Shown: positions 51,015 to 64,000 of the stretch, piece after piece
How the letters are laid out: each line of letters begins with the position of its first letter
Position numbering within the stretch: the first letter of the stretch is position 1
Source: Chara braunii
Taxonomy: Eukaryota; Plantae; Charophyceae
DNA length: 64,000 bases
NCBI GenBank assembly: GCA_003427395.1
Contig: BFEA01000014.1
Location: 3,107,552-3,171,551, forward strand
Direction of reading: 5' to 3'
Notes under the pieces: generated by a model
What the model saw: the letters and a program-made list of their open reading frames with translations, nothing else
Databases searched by the model: none
What the model was told of the DNA's origin: nothing
Position numbers and translations under genes: made by a program

Positions 51015-51429
51015 GTTATTTCCGATTGATAATCAGACCGCTCTATTTCTTACTTACACGTGCAATCCGTCTTGGGGAACGAGGTTATGAGTGATGAGAG
51101 AGACATACCTGGTGCTGGACGCGTGCGGCATTGACCGAAATCTACTCATACTTGGGAAGTTGTTGTCCTCATCTTCACCATTGTAGTCTAGTCTAGGTAG
51201 GATCTGCCATATGTAGTCTGGGTGTCGGGCGCCAGATAGGATATCAACATTAGTTCTTCGTTGATGATGATGAGACTATGCCGACATTGGCAATTATGAG
51301 TTTTTGTTGTACTCTTATTTGGTGAAACTCGTGATGCAATTCTGCTGTTGGTTCGAGATCACGACTATCTAGTCTGTGTATGTGATGTTGTTTGATTGCT
51401 GAAGTTTGCTATTACTCCTCTTCCTTGCA

Positions 51430-51472
<43 letters not shown>

Positions 51473-51483
51473 TTTTATTTTTA

Positions 51484-51550
<67 letters not shown>

Positions 51551-52600
51551 GAAATTAGAATTGCTATCTTTCACACTTCACATGTATGGAAACATGTGCG
51601 CAGCAAACCAGCGACAATCGCCCACATAAACTTAGAGATATGGTAGTTGAGAACACAGTTCAAGAACAAGTTCACTTTAGATGGCTATGGCGCAACAGCG
51701 CCCACACAACTCTATGTTCACACGCGTGCCACTCTGGATCCCGCCGGATGTCCCATACTCACACATAGACAGTTGCGTGTACACAGACAGACACACACGC
51801 AGTGACACAGACACAGAGACACACACACTGAGAAACACTCGGGGACACAGTGACAAGTACACAGTGAACCACACAGTACACAGTAAACCACACATACACA
51901 GCTACACAGCGATACTTACATGCGGAAACACAAAAACACAGTCACATAGTGACACGTACACCAGTGACAAAGTGACACACACAGATACACACACACACAG
52001 AAAACAGTGACATACATACACATACACGGTGAATACACAGATACACGATGGTACACAGCAACCCACTGTGGAACAGACATAGACACTGTGACACACACAG
52101 TCACAGTGGAACAGACAGTGACACGCACACACAGACGAACAGACAAAGGCAGATGGACAAACATATGAACAGACAGACAAACAAACATACATATACAGTG
52201 AGAGAGAGGAAGAGGGAAAGGAGAGAAAGAAAGATGATGATGTTGTGAGGGCACGTACCTGGTGTTGGCGAAGGTCTGCGTGGGTCGACGTTGTCCATTA
52301 CTTCAGTTTTGCTGCTAATGCCAGCAATTGCATTGACAATTCGTAGACTGGTAGTAGCTGCGTGATCGAAGGATGGGCGCCGAGCGCCAAGTTGGGAGAT
52401 AGGGCCTAGACACTCATGATGGTGGTGGCAAGGATAAGCTCTCATTGACATTGGTCTTCAGTGCTACGACTCTTCATTGGTGTTATATTGGTGCATTTCT
52501 GTTTTCTGGACACTATGATACTATCTGGCCTTCAATGTGATTGTGCATTTTTGGACATTGACATCTCGCTATTTGTTCATTTCCCTTGCACTATTGCAAC

Positions 52601-52640
<40 letters not shown>

Positions 52641-53654
52641 GTTGTTGTTGTTGTTGTTGTTGTTCTTGCCGTTGTTGTTGTTGTTCAATTATTGTTTACT
52701 AGTTGATTTAATCCTACCTGCATCCGCTAATTACCGTATGCAAGGGTGGGGACTTGTCGAATGCTTGAGGCATCCGCCGACGGCGTCGTGGGGATGGTCC
52801 GTCATCAACCGACTGTTGGAATGCGAGTTTGTGCCTGTCGAGCCCCTTTGTTGTGGTCTCAGTATGCTATGCATACTGCTTCGCTGCGTTTCCATAAAGA
52901 GACTGGCAGACAGACAGACAGTGAAACGGACACACAAATATTGTGACAGTCACACACACAAATACTTTGACATTGACACACACACATAGACTAGGTGTCA
53001 CATACACTGTGACACAGATACATAGGGTCACACACACAGACTAAGTGTCACATACACTGTGACGCAGATGTGCAGTCACACAGTCTCATACACACAATTA
53101 CACGTTGACACACAAGTGCACAGTGACACACACAGACACTGTGACAATCACACAAACGCAATAAACACAGTGACACTGAGAGTCAGGGGTTCTTCATAGC
53201 TAAACCTAAGAAAGAAAGGCAGACAATAATGCTTGAGTAAAAGTAGAAAAGCATGATCTTACGGGGTGTATCTAACTGTTGTTGGAAAACGTAGCGAGAA
53301 CGAGAAGTGTTGAGTCACTGTCTCGCTACGTGAATGTTTCTTTTGGGATATGATGGCCTAGGGGATGGACTTCTGGCAGTCTTCCCTCGCTTATAAGTCA
53401 CCTGACCGTAAGATATAAGAGGGGGATCATAAGTGTATTGCCGAACTTATGAATGATATGATCAGATATTGAGACGTTGGATTGCTTCAACAAACCCTTA
53501 CCGTATGACTGACTTATGCCTACGTAACCTCAAAAGTCCAAACTAACCCAGTCGGGGATCAGGCGGATGATTTTAAGACATAAGGTACAAGTCTAGTATA
53601 ACATACCCGCATGATCTTAAAGGCTTCCGGACGGTCCAAGACTTAAAGGGGCGT

Positions 53655-54410
53655 CAAGCATAATAATAATAACTAGGTGGTAAGAGTGAGTGAGGCTCCG
53701 AGAAGTCTGCCTTATCACCACAATAATAATAACTAGGTGATAAGAGTGAGCGAGACTCCGAGAAGCTTGCCTTATCACCACAATAATAATAACTATGTGA
53801 TNNNNNNNNNNNNNNNNNNNNNNNNNNNNNNNNNNNNNNNNNNNNNNNNNNNNNNNNNNNNNNNNNNNNNNNNNNNNNNNNNNNNNNNNNNNNNNNNNNN
53901 NNNNNNNNNNNNNNNNNNNNNNNNNNNNNNNNNNNNNNNNNNNNNNNNNNNNNNNNNNNNNNNNNNNNNNNNNNNNNNNNNNNNNNNNNNNNNNNNNNNN
54001 NNNNNNNNNNNNNNNNNNNNNNNNNNNNNNNNNNNNNNNNNNNNNNNNNNNNNNNNNNNNNNNNNNNNNNNNNNNNNNNNNNNNNNNNNNNNNNNNNNNN
54101 NNNNNNNNNNNNNNNNNNNNNNNNNNNNNNNNNNNNNNNNNNNNNNNNNNNNNNNNNNNNCTGCCTTACCACTATATAGTAACTAAGATTAGTGCAGTAA
54201 GAGGAGCGAGGCTCCGAGAAGCTTGCCTTACCACTATAGTAACTAAGATTAGTGTGGTAAGAGGAGCGAGGCTCCGNTGCCTTACCACTATAGTAACTAA
54301 GATTAGTGTGGTAAGAGGAGCGAGGCTCCGAGAAGCCTGCCTTACCACTATAGTAACTAAGATAAGTGTAGTAAGAGGAGCGAGGCTCCAAGAAGCCTGC
54401 CTTATTACCT
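53655..54410. repeat. 60-bp tandem array (two variants, with gap) in 3' LTR
   Basis: Period is 60 bp (54281 to 54341; 53711 to 53771). Confidence 0.9.
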
Positions 54411-55516
54411 CCTGACCTTGATCTAATGAAGGACAATGAATAGGAAGAGCAAGACCCTCGAGGTCTGCCCTATCTCAAACAGACGTCAGTGAAGATGAGT
54501 AGATCCCGAGTGGTCTACCATACTGTTACTAATCTTCTCGATAGACAGGAAACAGTGAAAGCTCTGAAAAGAAATCGATCCATTATTGACAAACCGCTTC
54601 CTGATTCTGCTGAGATTGAGGTAGAAGGAATATGGCCCCGTGTGACCCGTCCTGCTACCTTAACCTCTTGATTGATGACAATCTTATGATTCTATTCCAA
54701 ATAAGATTGATGAAGTTTTGCCTGTGCATGTCTTAAGTGGGGAATCGTATGGTAAAGCAAAAAATATTAGTGATGTTAGCTTTATATTTCTCTTCCTTCA
54801 GGCGACTATCTCTAGTGATTGGTCTGAGAAGAGGTTGGAGAGGCTACCTAGAGGTAGTTATGTCGATGTACTATTATTCCCGACTAAAATGAAGTTCGCT
54901 ATATTGAACTTCATATGGGATCATGTCGATGACAGAGAGGTGTTGAGACCTTGTTGACCTGTATGTGATTGAAGGTCATCCTCATGAAGAAGACTCATTA
55001 TGAGTCTATACAAGACTACACGCTATTGCCTTATGGTAACAGGTTGGTTATCCAACTCAACCCTCACTCACCCTGGACACCCACACTTTGCATCGACCTT
55101 TGCACTAAACGGCATTTTCGTTTTGGGTCATTTGTCCAAAGGGTCTGTGTTTGGTCAAAAGAGGTCCTTGAATAAGCGTCAGTGTGATGTGTGTGAAAGT
55201 GAATGAATGGTTGACTCTATTAGGATTGTGTAATGTGATTGACTTTGTCTGCAGGTCAATAAAACGACCAGCCACGCTATTCACTACTACCCATGGAGAA
55301 GCCTATGCTATCCTGGACCTTGATCCAGATGTTTCGTCAACACGCGATTTATACATTTGGTTTGAATATCCAGCCTTGTGCTTCTCCCTGATTGTTAAGC
55401 AGATTACGATTATTGCTAAGGCTATGAACCTTATTCATTTCATATTCATTTCATCTATATTGTTTGAAAGGCCAATGACCTATGTTTTCTTTGATGAATT
55501 CAGAATGTTCTTGTAA
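54401..55516 (+). pseudogene. Intron-containing ORF remnant inside LTR (paralogous copy at ~37125-38265)
   Basis: Protein-like frames are shared by both LTRs. A 77-nt intron GT(A/C)AGT...TTTGTCTGCAG lies at 37926-38002 and 55178-55254. A second acceptor TTCTCTTCCTTCAG lies at 37505 and ~54821. Confidence 0.5.
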
Positions 55517-56190
55517 ATGTGCTATGTGTATGTGACATCTCCTTGCCTAATTACCCAGCCTTTTGTCTCACCTCACATGTATGTATGCTATGGTTAAAGG
55601 GTTTTCACAGAGAGAGATGTCGATTGGACTTAATCACTAGGTAGATAGGTATGTGTCTTATGCGCAACCCCTGATGATTCAAGTATTGAGGGGATCCTGC
55701 TTTAGAAAAAGGAGCTAGGTTATGAGTCATACCTAAAAAGACTATTTATAGGCAAAGCGTAGTATGCGTGGATGTTCGTCAATCGAGTCGACCTGATTTG
55801 TAAGTCGGTCCGGGAGATCAGTGTCCCAATCCGACGCGTATACGAGTCAGTCTTAGGCGTTCAACTGCGCGTATGCCTATGCTACGACGATCGAGCAAAC
55901 GCCCTCGGCTGACTTACCTTTGCGACTGCAAGTAAAAGTCTTCGCATGTGAGTCAGTAGCTCAGCAAGGATACGCCCACCTAAGGGATGGTGACAGCTCC
56001 CGCAGGTGGAGGTGAGTTGTACCTCGCGGGGTCTCTGTCCTGTCGCAGGGAGTCGCGAGAGGTATAGCTGGCGCGCACGGTCGGAGTTGGTCTTTCGTTG
56101 AAACTCTTATAAAACTCCTGCGTGATACGACCGTGAGGTTCAACACTTAAATTTACTTTACGTCTGGGTGTGGGACCACCTTGCGCGACA

Positions 56191-57379
56191 CCGCCACTCG
56201 TCGGGATCAAAGGTGAGGTCCTCAATCGGGGTCAATGGCCTGTAAGCCTTCCAGCCCCTCTCCTCTTCTATCATTCTAATGCGGTAGACCTCCCTTCTCT
56301 CTTTCCATATAAAAGTCTGACGGCTCCCTCGTAGTTGATCTTTCCCTGTGGCGGCAAAACATTCGATCAGTACTTAAGTTTGGTCCACCATGTGCACACG
56401 ACCTACTTGTGCTCCATGACCGGGTAGTTCTACCCAGTCCCCTTCCTCTAGGCAAGGACCCTTTCTAAGAATGGCGTACCATTGAAGGGGAAAACTTTCA
56501 ATAAGATCTTCCATGCCGACTCTGTTAAGTGGCAATACTGCAGGCATCCTCGCATTCTTTCTCCACTCTTCCACTCTACATCTGCCACATCCCAGAGGTC
56601 ACCCACCCTCCGGACACCGTGCTTCACCCTACGCCTCCATGGGGGGTCTGAGTTGCACCTCACTAGGCCAAGGGAGTCCGTGATTAGCTGATTACCAAAC
56701 AAGGGTTGCCTGAACACTTCCTCCCACCTTTTCGGCAGGGAACGGTTAGGGATTGAGAGTTTCCTCCATGTTTGAAGAAGGCGTAACCAATGCTTGTCCA
56801 CCGGGTCACCATTCTTGTATTTCCATGGTAGTTTTCAATATTTGTCCTCAAGCCATACCTGACGGTCTATCTCTGGTGGAGCCTCCGGGGCCAAGGCCGC
56901 GATCTGTGCTAAAATGAGGGGAACCCAGGGGGAGGCCTGTGCGAAAATAAGCTAATGGAACCGGCGGAGGCTAAGGGCATGAAATTGCATGGAGGGGTCC
57001 ACAATTCCGATCCCTCCTTCGGCCTTGGGCTGGATCACTGATTCTCATGCTACTCGACTGATGAAATGGGGGTTATCTCCCCTCCATAGAAAGACTGCCA
57101 ATTGCTGCTCCAGCGCCTTTCGCCCCCCTTTGCTCATGGACCCATATGATGGTTTTGTACCAAAGGGTGGCCAGTACCACGTTATTGATCACAAGGGTCC
57201 TCCCGAAAATTGATGTGTGCTTATTGTTCCAGCTCGTTAGCTTGGTCTGTGCTGGTTTCACCAGCCACTCGTCGTTAGTCTCGGACTTTTTCTTTGGTGT
57301 ATACAACGTTCTAAGAGGGTTGTCTGGGGGTAACCAAGTAATTTGCAGGTTCTCAGGGGGCCTTCCCCACTGGTGGTGT
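56191..57379 (-). pseudogene. LINE-B ORF2 post-RT fragment
   Basis: SIFGRTLVINNVVLATLWY, a GGIGIVDP-type motif, QPLFGNQLI and GVRRVGDLWD are collinear with LINE-A ORF2 at 9200-9840. Confidence 0.85.
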
Positions 57380-58362
57380 TATGACGGATTGTTTTCTGCA
57401 ACCGCACGATTTTTTGCGCAAAGCCACTTCGAGAGTTGAATCGGGAGGGCCCACTTGATGGCATGGGTGCCCTTGCTTTTTTTGTTTTTCGGAATCGAGG
57501 CCGAAGTAATCTTGTGATGGTTGGTAGCTGATCGCACCTTAGCGAGTGCGAAAGATAACTATTTCATAGTTTCTTTCTTGTTCTGTTGTGGGGAATGAAA
57601 ATTTTGGTGAGATCATCGTGCGGGAAAATCTTTCTGAATTTTCAACTTATGTCGAGCCCCCGTCGTTGGGCCGTCGGCTCTCGAAATTTGCTTCGTTCGG
57701 AATTTTTTTTTACAATTACGATTTAGATTAGGAATTTGGGCACATCTCAATTTCACTTGCATGGCGCTTCTTGCTTGCGCATGCCTTGCCGCGACAGGAT
57801 CTATGCTCTGACTTCTATGCGCCTTAATCTTGCGTGTAACTGTAAATTTTATTTTGACGGGCGTGATTGCAACCATAATCCCCTCGTTCTTGATATCTTT
57901 TATGGCGCCCCTGCGCGCATGTACTTCTCCCCCTGTTCTATTCGTCTGAATGCTTGCATGACCGGATCGATGTATGGAGTGAGGCTACGTCCCCCACGCC
58001 GCGGCCTGGCCATCCAGTCGTAGGCACTTCCTTCCTTTTCCTTTCTTCCCACTCAAACACAACCTCGGGTATCGCGCGCACACATGCATGCTATAAATTT
58101 CGCAAATGCGATTAACTCCCTCTCTAAGAATTTTGGAGTTAGCGTCGTCAAGACTCAAGAGGATCGGCTAACGAGCAAGAGTTGGAAGGTGAGTAGAGAG
58201 TTGGGCGATCTGACAGGCTGGTTTTGGGCTTGGGGGGTTGACGTGGGGCCGCGATGGACTGTGGCGCACAGGCGAACCTGGCTTGCATGCTCGAACTAAA
58301 AGGGGTGCCAACTCTATGTGGGTGAGAGGTGACAGACTGCCTGCATCGGTATGTTGTGAAGC

Positions 58363-58398
<36 letters not shown>

Positions 58399-59731
58399 AA
58401 GAGAGAGAGGTGTTGTGATGGTGTTTCTCTTCTATCCTTCTGAGCAATTTTGGTATTCGGCACAAGTCCCCCTTGTCCTTTTTTTTTTATCGGCATCTCG
58501 GATTTTTTCTTCATTCCTTCTCAAAGACTGATGTGTGATTGTCTCCCCAACTTCCATTCTTTTTTTTTTGCTTGAATGGGCAATCCGATTGGTTGGTAAT
58601 CTGTGATCGAATTTTGTGTGATCCCCGGGCCAATGGCCAAATAATTGATCAACTCCTTTTGAGTGTGCATGTTTGAAGTTGTACGCATGAATGTTTGATG
58701 TCTGGGTATGACTGGATGGGCATGCTAAGCGATTAGATGTCAGCCTCACGACCGGATTGCCCGCCTTTACGGTAACAAGCCTGTGCGTATCAGTTAAGAG
58801 TTGCTGGCCGCTATCCCACCCGGCCGACGAACAGGTCTTGTGCACGCACGTGTAAGCCCGATCGAGGAAGGTCGCTACTTACACGCGTGTCTGCAAATCC
58901 TGTACTCGACCTACTTCCCGAATGTATGAATTTCTACCTATTCTGCAGTATGAATATCGAGATCCCCTTTCGTATCACTGATCACGAATGTTTGAGGGAT
59001 CGGGAATTCCGAGAATATTGGGAACACTCTTGCTTGTCATCGCGATCAAGGGAGGAACGCCCGAATTTCCCTTAACTAGGAACGAATGTGTTTGCGAGTG
59101 GGACATCGATTAGGCCTTGGGACGTATCACCCATCTCCCAAGCTGCCCTAGCCCATACACGTGTCACGTTGTCACGGAACCCGGAATCTTTATCCTGGGG
59201 ACCACATTCCCTTCGTATCACCACCTCCTACCCTATCACTCCCTAACCATCGTCCCTTGGCACACAATCGCTCCTTATTGGCCTCAACCCCCATGCTTGG
59301 AGTGTCTGCAGGGCCACGAGTACCAAGCCTCCAGCTTCATCCGATATACTTGCTCGAAGGAAGAATGATGGGCACGCAACCTTCGATTGAGGTCGGTCGC
59401 GTCGGATTCTAAGACTTGCGACGTTCGACGTCGGCAGGTGACCAGCCAGCGGGACAGCCATAGCGTTTCGACGGTGCACCAGATACGAGCCCGACCCAGA
59501 CGACGGAAATAACAAACGCGGTAGCTCTGCTTCCGGAAGCACAAAACCAGACTCCAATCTGCGCCTACCCTCCTGCATTCGTATCCCTGAACTTGCCACA
59601 AGAGATCTCAATTCCGACCCGGGACTCCATCCCCACTTTCCTAAAATCCTTGGCACACCCCCTTGCGCACTTCCAGGCCCACTCACACTCCGATCAGGAA
59701 GTCACGCCGGGCGTGCGGTTTGGGCGTCATA
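57380..59731 (+). mobile_element. Solo LTR of a family related to the Gypsy at 12432
   Basis: Termini TATGACG...CGTCATA. Collinear with the Gypsy LTRs. TSD GTGT/GTGC. The LINE-B frame is restored across it (WLH|HQWGRPP). Confidence 0.87.
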
Positions 59732-60055
59732 GTGCAGCCACTAGCCCACATTCTTTTGCCCCCAGTAAACCGTCATATGAGAGATCCTACAAAATCAGTT
59801 TATGAGAGCCCGGATTTCTTCCATGTTTTGTGCCTTTGCCTCCACCATAATGGTGAGGTCAACCCCAAACAGGGAGCAGACGGGCACAACTTCCTCCGGT
59901 ATGTCAGCGATCCTGATCCGGGTGAGATCCTTCTTGTGTCTCAGATTAGCAGATAGTGCCTTCATTATGACCAGAAAAAGGTAGGGGGCAATGGGGTCTC
60001 CTTGCCTGACCGACCGCTGGAGCTCAAAAGGAGGTGTCACTGATCCGTTAACCTA
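59732..60055 (-). pseudogene. LINE-B reverse transcriptase fragment
   Basis: VNGSVTPPFELQRSVRQGDPIAPYLFLV...SLFGVDLT (degenerate FADD). Confidence 0.85.
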
Positions 60056-60799
60056 GAATTAAACTTAGCGCCCTGCTGGTCTCGCTTCTGTCGTTCCTTC
60101 AAATCTCCTATGTCTCTGGGCCATTTCGAGAGTGAATCTGACAGCTCTTGAATGAAAATTCCGGATGCGGCATCAAGAGTTAGTGCAACAGTGATGAACT
60201 CTTGATTTCTCAAGATTCAAGAGTAGTGCAACGAGGCCCTTTGTTGTCTCCCTCCAGCCATCGGAGGGGATGTTTTCTTTTCTTTCCTCGTTTCACTATC
60301 ATTCCTTGATTTAAAAAAAAATAAATGAAGAAAATGACAGAAAAAGGAAAACGGAAACAAACTGTCGGTAGTCACCACGGAGGTGAACACCGATAAAGAA
60401 AAACAGACGTCGCCCTCCGCCTGCCTGACGACGCTGCCAACCCTGCCAATCTTGGTCCAACCCTTCAAGAGGTGTCAGAAATGACCCATTGGACGAGCTC
60501 TTGAAGCTTCCAAAGTTCCCACCTGCAGGGGCATTTTTTTCAAACGAGGCCGACCGGACCCTTCGTGCAGTTTGCAAATTCAAGACTTGGCCTCCAGTCT
60601 CGGTGGACAAATCGTTGTTGCCCTGCCGTGTAATATCTTTTCATTTTTTTCCTACAGTCAAGAATGCTCACGAGAGTCGAGAGTCTGGAGAAAGTGCAGC
60701 GACGACAACACTTCATGCCAATCCAGGATTCTAATAACGCTAGACTTACTCTTGAAATTTTTTATGTGTCTAGCGTAGTGCAGCGACGCCCAACGCTAT

Positions 60800-61500
60800 G
60801 GGTCTCGCTCCACTACTCTAGACTCCCAAAGATTTCTTTATTTTTTGTTCTTTTTTGGAAAGCTTGAAACTTTGTATTGCAATATCATAGAAGGAGGTCG
60901 GGGACCTCACAATTCAACCCGGAGTCATCCTGGCTGCATCAGCTAGTTTAGCACCTCAATTCTAGAAACCGGGTCTGGAGTCCCACTCCTATTAGAATAC
61001 TTCCCAAAACATTTCGAGAGTGAGTCTAGAGTTGTTAGACTCTAGAAACGGTCGAAAAAACGTTGCACTTTCTCTACACTGTCGAACTCGAGAAGGCCTC
61101 TTGGATGTCAGACCGCTTTTCGAGAGAGCTACACGGCACGGCCAGCACGTGTTGTCCACCCAGACTCCTGGTGCACTCTCAAAAAAGTGCTTAACTTTCT
61201 AAGGTCCTGGATGCCTCCCTTGAAATTCCCATTGTCGCAGGCGAGCGCTCTTGAAGAGTGTCATGGGAGAGAAGGTTCTGAGAACTCAAGAACAACATTT
61301 TTTTAAGTGCATTTCATGCGGTAGTGGAGCAATGATGTATTTTCGTCATTTTACTTATGCATTTATTTTGTTGATTTTCGCCATTTTCGTGAGTGCAGAC
61401 TTATAGCTCAAGAACCCAAATTCCACACCAGGCTCTTGAGTGAGTGGAGTGGTGTCGCGCTCAAGAAATGGCCTGTTTCTAGAGTAGTGGAGCGAAACCC
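60800..61500. mobile_element. MITE with 23-bp TIRs starting GGG (possibly PIF/Harbinger-like)
   Basis: GGGTCTCGCTCCACTACTCTAGA (60800-60822) matches the revcomp of 61478-61500 with 1 mismatch. Flanks TAT/CAT are imperfect. The interior is rich in TCTAGA/TCAAGA/TCGAGA. Confidence 0.7.
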
Positions 61501-61677
61501 CATGTTTGCAGGGGTCCCCTATCTAAGCCTTAGGAGTAGTGGTAGGTAGGTAGCGAAGGTGAATTCAAAGAATTTGAAAAGAAAAAGTGGGTAGGTAGGG
61601 GGAGAGAACTCGAAGCCTCTTGGGAGGTTTTGGTCGGGCTCGATAGTAGTCTGGGATTAGGGAAGGGGTTCTATCAG

Positions 61678-62843
61678 TTTTTTTTGTTTTTTTTTTGTAA
61701 ATCCATTTAAAGACATCACTTGAAACGAGGTCGGGGACCTCACAATTCAACCCGGAGTTATCCCCGCAATATCAGTCGGGTTCGCTTCTGAGTCTCAAGA
61801 ACCCAATAGTGTCTAAGCTAACTACTGCAGGATGCATACCCAACTCCTCTCCAACTTCAGTCTAATGCTCTTAAAGACTTAACCTTTACTCATCTAGAAA
61901 TTTCTTTAAAACAACCACTGGGGAGTCTATCTACCAAACAACCCTGAATCTAATTGTTTCTATAAAAAAGGAAGAACCCTGGTCGAAGTTGGGGCGATTC
62001 GTGTTGCTCTGTAACCTAGTCGAGTGGGAGTGTGAGGCCTGGGAGAGCCCGACAGGGAATAAGACAATGTTGGATAGTTTTAGAGAGTTTTGTTTGGGAG
62101 TCTAGGGGTTTTGAGCATTTGAAAAGAGGTCAACAGTCAGTCATAGGTTTTCAACCTTCTTAATTCTCTTGAATTTCTTCAATAGTTATCAATAGTTCTC
62201 AGATTGATTCTCAGTCGAAGCCGGGTAATGGCCCCGATATCTTAAATGATTTGTGTAACTCTATATGGGACCCGGTACCCAGCACGTGTTGCTCCCCACG
62301 AATAGACTAGAGCATTTGTCCCAAAAAAAAAAAAAAAAAAAAAAAAAAGGAAGAACCCTTGATGCAAAGCATATCATTACCTGACTGAAGCTATCTATTT
62401 CATCAACATAGTCAAATAGAAACCCCCACATCTAGCTGATCTAAAAGTTCCCGGACATCATCGCATTGAGAAAGTAGACCCTGCTCTGTCTTAGGAAGTT
62501 CAGGGAGTTCAGGGCCCATGAAGTTGGCCCTCACCCAGCACCGTTACCCTAAAGCCGGCCATAACACACTGTCCAATAAGGTCTCTAATATTGTTCCCCA
62601 AGCTAGTTTCTGTCTGAGCGTAACCAGTCAGCAAAAGAAAATGTATCCTCCGGAGAGGTAAAGACTATCTTATTGTTCTGAAGCTATGTCTGGGAAAACC
62701 AATAGCGTCCTTTGCGCGGGTGGGCCCGGGCATTGTGCCAATCCAGAGTGATAGCCTGTCTAATCAAAGCCTTAATAGCGCCGACCTGTGTTTAAAAGGG
62801 GATAGTTTCTTGATTGAAAGTAACCTTATTTCAGAAATGACAA
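61678..62843 (-). mobile_element. LINE-C 3' end (ORF2 C-terminus, 3'UTR, A-rich tail)
   Basis: Revcomp of 62640-62840 gives NKVTFNQE..IKALIRQAITLDW..RYWFSQT, resembling the LINE-A C-terminus (RRVIQADW..FRETW). T-tract at 61678-61697. Confidence 0.6.
61981..62342 (+). mobile_element. Short poly(A) retroposon (SINE or truncated LINE tail)
   Basis: Poly(A) starts at 62323. TSD AAAAAAGGAAGAACCCT at 61964-61980 and 62343-62359. Confidence 0.85.
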
Positions 62844-64000
62844 TGTGACGCTCCGCAAGTGTTTCGGTGTTCCTGTCGTCCGAAGGAATCTCACTCGTCA
62901 TTTCATGTTTGGCACAAACAAGCTCTTCATGGATGTCCAGAACAGATGACGCACATCGGGGGGGGCAGCGCTACCGAGAGCGTTGCACCCAAACATTTCC
63001 AAGGCGCGAAACCGGGTCAGCACGATGGGCCGATTGTGACGAGTGGCGGGGTCGATACACGATGGTGGCGGCACAAAGATGTCGAATCATGGAGTGAAGC
63101 GGTCGGGGAAGCTGATGATGGGGAGGAAGAAGGTGTGTGAGGGGTGAAAGCGATAACGATGGATCAAGTGTGGGCAGGGCGGACTTCTGTTGAGGTATTG
63201 GGGACAGTGGAAGGTGGTTGTTGGGGTTTGGTTTGGTGGGTTGTTTCCGAGCTTCCTGATGTATGGAGATGTAATCTGCTGCTGCTGCTTATTTCTACGA
63301 GAAGGTGCAATACTTTGTAAGGTCACGAGTTATCCTCTTCTGGGACTGCCTGTGGGAAACTGTTGGCGGGTTCAATAGCCTGGTTCCACAATGTGGCGTG
63401 GATAGTTTTCATAAACGTGTTGCGGTCCGTTGTTGTCACCGTTCGGCTTTGACTGACCAGAGTGGTCGAATGACGGCCGAGATGCCTTAAGGTCGGTGAC
63501 GTATGGAGGTGAGGTTCGGGAAGGGAGGGTCGTGTGTTGGGTACTCGTAGGTTTCTGCGCTATTTTCAGGATTTTCTGATTTCCCGGTTGACTGGGTATG
63601 ATCTTGTATTTGTTTTCGCCTGATTATCAACATGTTTTTGCTGACTACGTTTCTCGAGAGTATTTCGATAGTATTTCTTGTATGAATTAGATTCTCTCTA
63701 ACTGGTGTTTTTCTGATATTGCTCGCAGTGATTTTTTGTGCAATTCCTATTCATGAGTATGTTCTTTGGTACATAGTTGCTTCCCTTAACGATGACCTTA
63801 ACTACGATCAGGATTACTTTCTTGATGTTATATATTCGTGAGTCTAATATTTGACATCTCAGATAAATTTCTTAAATTTGGTTTTTAAATTTTAATTTTC
63901 AAAAGATGTTTTTGACAGATTTCCTAATTTTGTTTATAATTTTCAATATCTAAAAGTATTGTTCCGAAATATTTTTCTATTTGAAAAAATTTACGTTTGC
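62844..64000 (+). mobile_element. Possible start of another LTR
   Basis: TGTGACG occurs where LINE-C similarity stops. The other end is not in the window. Confidence 0.3.

Larger units (their letters stand above)
45026..56190 (+). repeat. Giant 3' LTR (~11.2 kb including gaps and extra segments)
   Basis: Collinear with the 5' LTR, with extra segments at ~45363-45685, ~47740-49900 and ~53200-53800. Confidence 0.87.

Noticed and set aside
53655-54410. CRISPR array or hammerhead ribozyme array
   Set aside because: The units have no unique spacers, there are no cas genes, and no CUGANGA/GAAA core occurs on either strand.

Overview
This is a eukaryotic, gene-free transposon nest with N-gaps, microsatellites and GT-AG introns. 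The element types resemble a streptophyte alga such as Chara, which is inference only. Target-site duplications (TSDs) and in-frame rejoining let most of the window be rebuilt as nested insertions. (1) A hAT/DUF659 transposon (1-5909, minus) interrupts ORF1 of an L1/Tx1-type LINE-A (5910-11557, plus). (2) A 5'-truncated LINE-B (minus) is bounded by a 16-bp TSD whose copies are now about 48.5 kb apart (11561-11576 and 60124-60139). (3) Three LTR insertions split LINE-B: a decayed Ty3/Gypsy (12432-29659, with a PHD-like finger in pol and extra ORFs), a 25.7-kb LARD-like element with giant 8.4- and 11.2-kb LTRs (30488-56190), and a solo LTR (57380-59731). (4) These LTR elements in turn contain two hAT MITEs and an 81-bp-repeat insertion. 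The giant LTR is the most unusual object. Each copy carries a short Pol III-type structured RNA with compensatory base changes, a 60-bp (20-codon) array, and a spliced ORF remnant whose Gln/Arg codons appear to have been converted to TAA/TAG/TGA. No intact host gene, rRNA, intact tRNA or CRISPR array was found.
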